This document shows positions 55,021 through 64,000 of a stretch of 64,000 nucleotides of DNA, piece by piece (the first letter of the stretch is position 1; every line of letters starts with the position of its first letter). The notes under the pieces are model-generated. The model had not been told where the DNA came from. It made no database searches and saw only the letters and a list, made by a program, of their open reading frames with translations. A program made the position numbers and the translations under genes. This DNA is from the human T2T-CHM13v2.0 reference genome, Homo sapiens, in the NCBI RefSeq assembly GCF_009914755.1, contig NC_060935.1; one strand, 5' to 3'.

Positions 55021-55994
55021 CTCTCAATTAGTGATAAATGAAACACAAGAGTAGGCTAATCAAATGCTCTAAAGACTGTATGAATTGCTTTGTAAAAAAC
55101 AATACAATGACAGTTTTATTTTTAAAAAAATGGAAGCAAAAGCCACATAATGACTTCAAAGCAGCTACAGAGTAGAGGTTGGAAATTTTGCAAAATAGTT
55201 TCTCATGAGGTTTGAAACTACAAAGGACTTTATTTAGAAATGGTCTTATGATACTCAAACACGGGGGAGAGCCAAATAAAATATATTAATAAAACCAGGA
55301 AGGGGCGTCTTCAAGGTGGCAATTTTTAATCAAACTTACATGGTTTATATACCCATGTGAAATATCATGAATTCTACAATTACAAATTATTGGCTTCTCC
55401 CTCATCCTGGATAACAATCAGCTAACAATACACAGTCTCTGACCTTTTTCTTTCTCCTGAGTAGAGAGTGATTATCCAGGTACCTTCAATTAAGAGCCAT
55501 GAGTTTCTGCCTAGGTACCCATGCAAAGGGATCTCCTCCCAGAAACAGATAAGTAAACGAGGGCTGCTTATTTTAAAATATACATCAATCTATTTAAACG
55601 TAAGTTAGAATTACTACAACAATTAATGATTGTGAATTAATGATAATTTGGATAATTATAACAGATATGATTTATGTAGCGTGCTATTGTGCAAGACATC
55701 TATGATCATTATGAATTAACATATCTTATTTATTGAGCATCTAAATTAAGCAAATTAATTGGTAAAGTCGTTATCAGGGGTACTCACTGGGGTTATTTTG
55801 CTCTCTCACTAGTAATGTAGGGATGTGTGAGTGACTTTTTGGTTGTTTCACAGGTTGTAAGGTGTGGTAGAGGCAGTGAGAGGGTGATCCCTTTCCTCCC
55901 CATCAGAAAGGTCACGGTTGGCACCACTGTAACAAAGACAGGTTAACAAGAGAAAGGCATAATACATTTATTTGATCATAGTTCTATGTGACAT

Positions 55995-56707
55995 TGTGTC
56001 CAGAATTTATTCCTTCTGGTGGGTTCTGGTTCTCGCTGACTTCAAGAATGAAGCCACGGACTCTCGCCGTGAGTGTTACAGCTCTTAAAGATGGTGTGTC
56101 CAGAGTTTGTTCCTTCAGATGTTCAGATGTGTCTGGAGTTTCTTCCTTCCAGTGGGTTCATGGTCTCGTGAAGCCGCAGACCTTCACAGTGAGTGGTACA
56201 GCTCTTAAAGGTGGTGCGTCCGAGTTGTTTGTTCCTCCCGGTGCGTTTGTGGTCTCACTGACTTCAGGAGTGAAGCCGCAGACCTCTGCAGTGAGTGTTA
56301 CAGCTCAAAAAGGTAGTGCAGATCCGAAGAGTGAGCAGCAGCAAGATTTATTGTGAAGAGCGAAAGAACAAAGCTTCCACAGCGTGGAAGAGGACCCGAG
56401 TGGATTGCTGCTGCTGGCTCGGGTGGCCAGGTTTTATTCCCTTATTTGGCCCCGCCCATGTCCTGCTACTGTCCATTTTACAGAGCACTGATTGGTCCAT
56501 TTTACAGAGTGCTGACTGGTGCATTTACAAACCTTTAGCTAGACACAGGGTGCTGATTGGTGCATTTTTACAGAATGCTGATTGGTGCGTTTACGAAGCT
56601 TTAGCTAGACACAGAGCGCTGATTGGTGTGTTTACAATCTTTTAGCTAGACAGAAAAGTTCTCCAAGTCCCCACCGGACCCAGAAGCCTAGTGGGCTTCA
56701 CCTCTCA
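55995..56707 (-). mobile_element. ERV9 solo LTR, short LTR12 type
   Basis: tgtgtcc...cacctctca termini; perfect 4-bp TSD acat; 4 ATTGG (56491, 56556, 56581, 56622). Confidence 0.95.
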
Positions 56708-56760
56708 ACATTGGAGCTTCAGAATATAAACCTAAAGATTCAAAAACAATCTATTTTTAT

Positions 56761-57316
56761 AATATAAAATAAAAGAAAATTTCAGGACGTCTAAATGTAT
56801 TATACTGAGGTGGAAATTAAGCCCTGGAGACTGAATCATGTAGCTTGTCTGCAATCCTCCTTCTTAGATTGTAGCTTAAGTCTCTTCTTAATTGTTATTT
56901 TTCTGTAAATGATGAAGAGAGAACAGAGACCATACCTCCCCTGTGCCAATCCCTGACCTTTGTTATAGATTAACTGTCTCCTTTATTGTCCTGTACCTCA
57001 CTCAGAGAAGATGATGGTTCCAAAAGACCCCATGACTGTTCCATCTTCAGTGTGGAATGTTGAATATACCTTTCCTGGATGAAAAAGACCACCTTGAAAT
57101 CAGATCATTGTAACTATGCATTAAGCCTTACATAGAAAGATGTTGAAATTCTGTTAAACTCCCTAAGCTTTGTCTACATAAGCCATCTCAAACTTCTACA
57201 CTTTGAAACTGATACTTTTTAGAATCTGTGTTTCTGTGGTGGGCCATCCTCAATTTTGTTATTGAATAAGTTCGCATTGGACTAGATTTTGGCCCCATTG
57301 GTTATTTTAGGCTGGC
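56761..57316 (+). mobile_element. ERV1 solo LTR (MER34-like)
   Basis: ttaagccctggagactga...tttgttatagattaactg...aaagaccccatgactg...ttattttaggctg; interrupts the MER39-like LTR. Confidence 0.6.
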
Positions 57317-57615
57317 TATGCTTAAGTTTGATGAAGTAGGGGCAGCCCTGTAGAAATACGATTGAACCACAAGGATATGGTCTACTGCTAATAGACTGAA
57401 ACGAAATCCAGCAAGGCCTGTCTATTCAGCTTCTCCTTGGCTTCTCTATGCAGTATTCCTTCCATCCCAGTGTGAGGGAAGACTCTCTCTTGAATGGGGC
57501 TCTTACGACTTGCTCTCAGACAAGATAGGTCAGAGAATTTATGGCCAGCTTTTTCACAGAAAGTTGGGGGAAATTTAGGGTAATACTTTTAGGTTTCATA
57601 GAAAATGAGGTTCTA

Positions 57616-57939
57616 GGCTGGGCGTGGTGGCTCACGCCTGTAATCCCAGCACTTTGGGAGGCTGAGGCAGGCAGATCACCTGGGTCAGGAGTTCGAGACC
57701 AGCCTGGCCAATGTAGTGAAAGCCCGTCTCTACTAAAAGTAAAAAGAAATTACCCGGGTGTGGTGGTGGGCGCCTGTAATCCCAGCTCCTCGGGAGGCTG
57801 AGGCAGGAGACTAGCTTGAACCTGGGAAGCAGAGGTTGCAGTGAGCCGAGATCGTGTCATTGCACTCCAGCCTGGGCGACAAGAGCCAGACTCTGTCTTA
57901 AAAAAAAAAAAAAAAAAAAAAAACAACAAGAAAAAGAAA
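57616..57939 (+). mobile_element. AluS (Sq/Sp-like) with 16-bp TSD
   Basis: gcgacaagagc diagnostic; TSD agaaaatgaggttcta at 57600-57615 and 57940-57955. Confidence 0.96.
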
Positions 57940-59439
57940 AGAAAATGAGGTTCTAGTTTCTATTACCTGCCTTGGGGAAGTGGGATTCTAGTTTCCATAG
58001 TTTCCATGGCCAGAATCAGGGGAGAATTAGAGGTACAAAACAGAGGGGCAGGAAAAGGTTAGAGAAAAACTTTTACTTCTGAGGATGCTTCTGAGGTCTT
58101 CATTTTGAGGTATCATTTTCTAAGGCTAAACAAGGTACAACTGGAATTTGGTCATATTAGTGTTGGTGATAATATATGTTTGGCCAAGGTTGCTAGACTT
58201 CCTGCAATTCTTGCGACAGTTCCATTCAGCAAAGAACTTCCTGTGACCTGCTGTGTTTTAAAAGTCCCTCAGACATACAAGAAGGTGAACTACTCATTTG
58301 TTATTATCTAAGCCTAAAACCTAACCCCATTTTATATTGAAGCACACATTTTTTTTGGCGTGGTTTCAATATACACTAAACTTTTAAGATTGCCATCTCC
58401 ATACAAATTGAAGGAAAAACATATTTTTTGAAGGGGATGGGGTTTTGCAAGAATTTTTCATTAATGGTGAAGCCACTTTTGGCGTTTAAGTGGTTATTAA
58501 GACAAAGCTATGTCATTCTGTGTTTGAAGGTATCATATTCACTTTGATTCTATATGTAGGCATCAGAATCTGACTATTCCATGATTTCTTCTAGGGTAGT
58601 CAAGCTTGGTCATTTATACAGTGAAATGCATATTGTTTTATTCTAAAAGGTTTTTATTTTATGTCTCCTTTAGGTTACAGTAAATGCATAATATTGATTC
58701 TGAAAACACTAAGTGGGTAATTAGATTATGTTATCTACTGATTTCAGGATAGTGAAAAGAGGTTATATGAAATATTTTGTATAATAAAGTATATATATAT
58801 ATAAAAATACCTAGTATACCTAAAATGTATATATATAGCTATATAATATTACTATATATTACATATGTAGAGTATTCTATAAGTTCTTTTTCTCTTTTTT
58901 CTCTCTGTTCTGTAGAGAGAGAATATCATTAGCATTTTCTGTTCTTGCTCAAATCACTATCAACACAGTTTTACCCTAAAAGTTCTCATTAGATCTTTAT
59001 AAATAAATACATTGCATTACATTTTACAGTTATTTATTTTTATACTCAGGTGATTACTAACATTTAGGCTCATTGGCCCAGTAGTTTTTTCTTGAAACTT
59101 TTACATGTGACAGGTGGGAAGGGACTGTATCCTTCTGACAAAGGAGCAGAATGCCCTCTTTCCTGATCTCCATTCCCAGCCAGGAAAGCTATTTCTTCAG
59201 GATTCAAAAATCAACTCAGCTTCTCAAATGAAAATGATATTCTAGCCCCAGCAAGGCAGAGATACTTGGAAGTCTTTGACCGGAGGTGGGAGAAATGTAT
59301 ATATTAGTGGGAGAATGGAGGTACCATAATTCTACTTTATGACTTATATTTATTGCCATTTTATGTGAAGATAGTATACATAAAATAACAACCTTTCAGA
59401 ACTAATACTAATTGCAAAAGTGATAAAACAGAATTATAC

Positions 59440-59655
59440 TGATCCTTTAGTGTGCCTAGGTGTCGACTGTATGCTGACCCCTTTAAAAGTATTAGCTCAA
59501 TTAAAGCTTAAAATGGTCAAGGTATGAGTCAGTGTTACTGCCCTCTGTCTACAAATTGAAAACTGTGTCTGAGGTTGTTTGGTTTATTATAAATTGAAAA
59601 ACTGAGACTTAAACCCAGATCAGTCTGACTCTGAAACTCATGCTTCTAACAATTA
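59440..59655 (-). mobile_element. MIR fragment
   Basis: tacaaattgaaaactgtgtctgagg...aaacccagatcagtctgactctgaaactcatgct. Confidence 0.6.
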
Positions 59656-60304
59656 TTGTGAAATACTGATGTTGTTTTCTCTATAGTGTAAAAATATTCA
59701 AATTCATAACTTTGTTAATATCACTTATGAATGAATGAATTCTGCCAGTTACTGAGTTTGGGAAACAAATCATTCATTAACCTCTTATTGATGTCTCATA
59801 GTGATTTTACAGGCATATTCCAATGCACAAATTTAAATGAACAAAATTTCAAATGACTCAGAAAAATACACTAACATAGTACTTCAAAAACCCAATACAC
59901 TGACACAACAGAAAATTTTTACAAAATAGAAGCTTTGATTGTAAAAGCATAAAGAAATTGAACTCAGCTTCAAAGGGATGCTGCAAAGGACATTAAGAGT
60001 ACCACCAAGATTTTATTAGACCACAGTGATCTACTTTGGAAGTCTTTGAAGTTAAATGCCCCAAGAAACTTTAAAGTATGCAGCTTAGAACCTAGAATAA
60101 AACTGCTTGGGACCTCTAATAATCTACTTAAACAGATTTTTGAATTGCAAAAGAAAATCATATTTGGACCTGGTGTGTGTACATTGCTCAGAATACCACA
60201 GAGAATTGAGAAATTATTAAAACTTCAAATTGTTTTCTCCATAAACAAGCTAGTCTTGATCAGATAAAACATTACTATGTTCTTAAAAAATGGGGACATG
60301 TGTT

Positions 60305-60510
60305 AGAAAAACTTGAACTTAAACCTTGACACACAGCTTATTGGCTATGTGGCCTCAGGCAAAGTATTTAACTTCTTAGAGTCTAGAAGTTCCCATTTTT
60401 AAACCAGGGTATCAGTTTCTATCTTCCAGTATGGATAATAAAAAGTGGTAATAATAATGCTGTGTTTGATATAGTGATGAGCACACAGTATGTCTTCAAT
60501 AAGTCAAAAT
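60305..60510 (+). mobile_element. MIR fragment
   Basis: gctatgtggcctcaggcaaagtatttaacttct...ttcccatttttaaa. Confidence 0.6.
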
Positions 60511-61267
60511 TACTATCAAGTTTATATTTTACGTTCAAAATTCAGCTATAAAATCAGAATTTTAGCATTGCATGAGAGTCAGAAGAAACTCACAAGTATC
60601 ATCCTTATTTTTTTCTTAAGAATTTTTTTTCATCCTAACAATGCATTATAGAAAGTCATTTGTTCCAGTTCTTTTATTCTGTTCTTTTATTTGGGAAATT
60701 AGCTTATGTATATTTTAAAATGCAAAATATATATTTACAAGTTCTTGCTATACAAAGTTTAAACATTTGGAAAATACAAAAAAGTAGAAAAAATTCTATA
60801 CCAACTACCCCCAAATAACTATTTTTAAACATTTTTGTGTACTTCTTTTCATTCATTTTTCTTTATATATTTGCACATGGTTAGGTAACTATTTGGCCAT
60901 CTAATAGACATTAGTCTAGATATAATCATTCATCTTGTTGTATTTTTACTTTCTATTTGTACAGTAAAATTCAAAGTTTATCCTTGAATTGATATAGTTA
61001 CTAACAATGCAGGACATAGAAATGGCACTTTCCTTACAGGTTCATACAGTCCCTTTGGTTTCCTTGCTTCTTCCATCTAAATGGGATTAACTTCCTTTGA
61101 CTTTCTTTAAGTGATGATTCTATGCTGCCTCCAGATTTCTGTTGACCTGGGGACTCCTAAATGTGTGTCTTTCATCAGGCCAGCCCACCTCCTTCTGCTA
61201 ATCAGTTTGGATACCAGCAACAAGCATGGATTTGCTTAGCTAAGGCCGGATTCAACCTCCTTAAAAC

Positions 61268-61876
61268 TGTAACCAAATCAGAGGCTCAGTCACTCACCAC
61301 TTGCAGAGTCAATTAGAAAGAGCAAGGTCTGGTATAAAGAAAGTGACTTTTTATTCCAAAGCTTGCTAGGGGAAAATGTGATACATTAAGGCTTCCTGCC
61401 TTAAATGTATCACTTCTATTTTGTGGTAGAAAGCAGGGGCATTTAAAAGGGGAACTAGGCATGAATGGCATGCAGGGGAAGGAGCAAGCAAGTGGAGGTC
61501 TGTGTGACTCACTTTAGCACCTTATTTACTGGGGGAGGGGGGTCAAGCTGGTACCATCATGGGCAGAACCAGGCTGTACAATGGCTAGTATTGTAGGGGA
61601 GAGTTTCTTAGGGGGCACACTTTAAGTTGTAAATTGACTGTTTTCTCTGGAAGCAGTCTCCTGGTGGGAGAGGTTTCTGGTTCTGGAGCTGCTAAGTAAG
61701 CACACAGATAAGCTTGCCCTGTAGGGAGTGTCTGGTGAAGGAAAGGTAGAGGTTATAATTGCATTTCTAAAGAGCTAAGAAGTGGGGAATGGGGAGAGGA
61801 GGAAAGAGAAAAGAACAGAAAATAATTAAAACAACTCATTCTCTTTGTCTTAGAAAAGTGGGAGTACTTGCTTACA
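61268..61876 (-). mobile_element. ERV1-class solo LTR (LTR36-like; family name uncertain)
   Basis: tgtaac...cttaca termini; perfect 4-bp TSD aaac; minus-strand AATAAA near the left end. Confidence 0.75.
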
Positions 61877-62670
61877 AAACTACTGCAAAACCTACCAAAT
61901 CAGAGATTCTTGTCTATATTTGGAAATTTCACACTTGCCTTTTTGTTCCTTCTATGGTATATTGACAATTTAACCTTCTTTTATTATGATGTATGCAAAT
62001 AATTTAACTCCATTAAAATCGATATAACCAAATTGAGTTTTTCTTCAAACAAGGTTGTTACCTGAGCATTGAGCTGTGCCTTAGGGAAGCTTTTATTCTG
62101 ATGAAGACAGCAATTCCTCTGTTCAGAGCCAAATAAAATCTTCCTTCTGGAATTATATTGTAGACCCCTATTCTCCTGGTATCAAAATCAAGGCACTTTA
62201 TAGGAAATGAAAAGGAACAGCTGTGAGATCATAAATGCCAACTTTAATTAAAAAAACTTCATTTTCTAGTACTCCATATACATGATTGTGGAATCTGTGC
62301 AAACTGAGAGGTTTCCTAATTACTTTGCTCAGTAATACCAGGGCAGGATTCGTTTCCACGTGAAAGTGTAGGCACAAACCCAATTACTGTTGTTCTGCCA
62401 ATGAAGATTATTAACCTGCTGTATGATAGTTCTACAAGCTAAGTGTTTGGTTCACAAATCTGATTTCCATATAGATTTTATAGATATACTCCTGTTTACT
62501 GAAAGCACAGTGTGTTTGGGAAATCCCTGTCACAACATACTGAGTTGGGTGATAACTTGATAAGCAGGGCTGAATTATATGACTCCCCAATATTCAGAGT
62601 TCATGGAATATCAGTGTTTGGTGGGACCATAAAGACCATCTATTCCCACCATGGTCCCACAAGAAAAGTT

Positions 62671-63303
62671 TGTTACCAAAAAGGGGTCCCTATCCAGACC
62701 CCAAGAGAGGGTTCTTGGATCACACACAAGAAAGAATTTGAGGCAAATTCATACAGTAAAGTGAAAGCAAATTTATTAAGAAAGTAAAGAAATAAAAGAA
62801 TGGCTGTTCCATAGGCAGAGTGACATGGGCTGCTCAGCTGCTTTTACTTATGGTTACTTCTTGATTGTATGCTAAACAAGAGGTGAATTATTCATGTGTT
62901 TTCCGGGAAAGGAGTGGGCAATTCCTGCAACTGAGCATTCCTCTTCTTTTTAGACAATATAGGGTAACTTCCTGACATTGACATGGCATCTGTAAACTGT
63001 CATGGCGCTGGTGGGAGTGTCTTTTAGCATGCTAATACATTATAATTAGCATATAATGAGCAGTGAGGATGACCAGAAGTCACTCTTGTTGCCATCTTTG
63101 TTTTGGTGGGTTTTGGCTAGCTTCTTTACTGCAACCTGTTTTATCACCAAGGTCTTTGTGACCTTTAATTTCTGCCGAGCTCCTATTTCATCCTGTGACT
63201 AAGAATGCCTTAACCTCCTGGGAATGCAGCCCAGTAGGTCTCAGCCTTATTCTACCCAGCCCCCATTCAAGATAGAGTCTCTCTGGTTCAAAAGCCTCTG
63301 ACA
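62671..63303 (-). mobile_element. MER41B solo LTR (ERV1)
   Basis: tgttacc..aaggggtccc.atccagaccccaagagagggttcttggatc...gcctctgaca; perfect 4-bp TSD agtt; retains the GAS-containing segment. Confidence 0.92.
62901..62909. promoter_or_regulatory. GAS (STAT1) motif TTCCGGGAA in MER41B
   Basis: Exact TTCN3GAA match; binding not shown. Confidence 0.65.
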
Positions 63304-64000
63304 AGTTGACACATTCGTAATCACAGATTTAGTAAATGGTAAAGCCAGCTCCTGAGTTCAGGTCCTCTTATGATACTGGGTTCCAGGTATAGTAGATATC
63401 CTTCCAATGCCATTTTCTTTGATTATATGACTTTAGTGTAAAGATTCTGAGAGTTATGGTTGCTCATATACTACAGATAGCCTTAAGACAAGCCAGAAAA
63501 ATATATTCAATACCATTCAATATAAGAATTTTCTAGAAAAGTAGATTGTGTACATGATTTGTATTAATGAGATACCATGACATAATAAAAAATTAAAGGG
63601 TGATAAGATTTAGTGTTCTTAAAATAAAGAATTCAAAGTTTCTTCAAAATACCAAGAGGGGGCCATATTTTGCTTTAGTTTGTCATAATATTGTGCAATA
63701 ATCTTTGAGACAACCTTGTTAGCAAGGCAGTCGGAACATGTGTTCACTTTGATGTGTTAGCAACTCAATACTACCCACATTATTGTAAATTCTGCTTAAG
63801 TGGATAGCATTTATAGATATTAATTTTATTTGATAGTAATACAATAAGTCATAGTCACCTTTTTGATATTAAGCATTATGCTTTTATTTATAGAGTAAAA
63901 GGAACAAACATACGTTTTCTGTTGTCTTTAAAGTTGGAGCTTCATAAAGTGTAATAATAAATTCTTATACAGTACTTTTGTTGAAATCTGTATCTAATTG

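Larger units (their letters stand above)
55865..58132 (-). mobile_element. ERV1 MER4-group solo LTR (MER39-like), split into four pieces
   Basis: aacaaagacaggttaacaagagaaa...; continues tatgcttaagtttgatgaag at 57317; ends cttctgaggtcttcattttgaggtat...aaca. Confidence 0.7.
55765..58790. mobile_element. MER20B-like hAT-Charlie DNA transposon, split (55765-55863 and 58133-58790)
   Basis: ttttggttgtttcaca on the left; ctcagacat...ttatctaagcctaaaacctaac...ttcaggatagtgaaa on the right. Confidence 0.65.

Overview
This is AT-rich, CpG-depleted primate (very likely human) non-coding DNA, either intergenic or deep intronic. I find no credible protein-coding gene: the ORF track is explained by Alus, LTRs, simple repeats or chance. 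Much of the window is interspersed repeat: 10 Alus (J, S and Y types), old L1/HAL1 and L2 fragments, many MIRs, DNA-transposon fossils (MER5, Tigger3a, MER82, MER63A, MER2, MER20B) and 12 solo LTRs (MLT1 x3, THE1 x2, MSTA, LTR12 x2, MER39-like, MER34-like, LTR36-like, MER41B). Repeat names come from my recollection of consensus sequences, not from a RepeatMasker run, so subfamily calls and the boundaries of old elements are approximate. The most notable items are: (1) a 40-bp tailless retrocopy of the 5' half of tRNA-Arg(TCT), with a 12-bp target-site duplication (TSD) at a TTTT/AAAA site, ending at the anticodon/intron boundary; (2) an ERV9/LTR12 solo LTR with 8 CCAAT boxes, a CpG-retaining U3 and a plausible downstream spliced exon; (3) a MER41B LTR with an intact STAT1 GAS site; (4) a multi-level nest of transposons at 55.8-58.8 kb; (5) closely spaced inverted Alus. 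I cannot demonstrate a new biological system from sequence alone; these are testable candidates.
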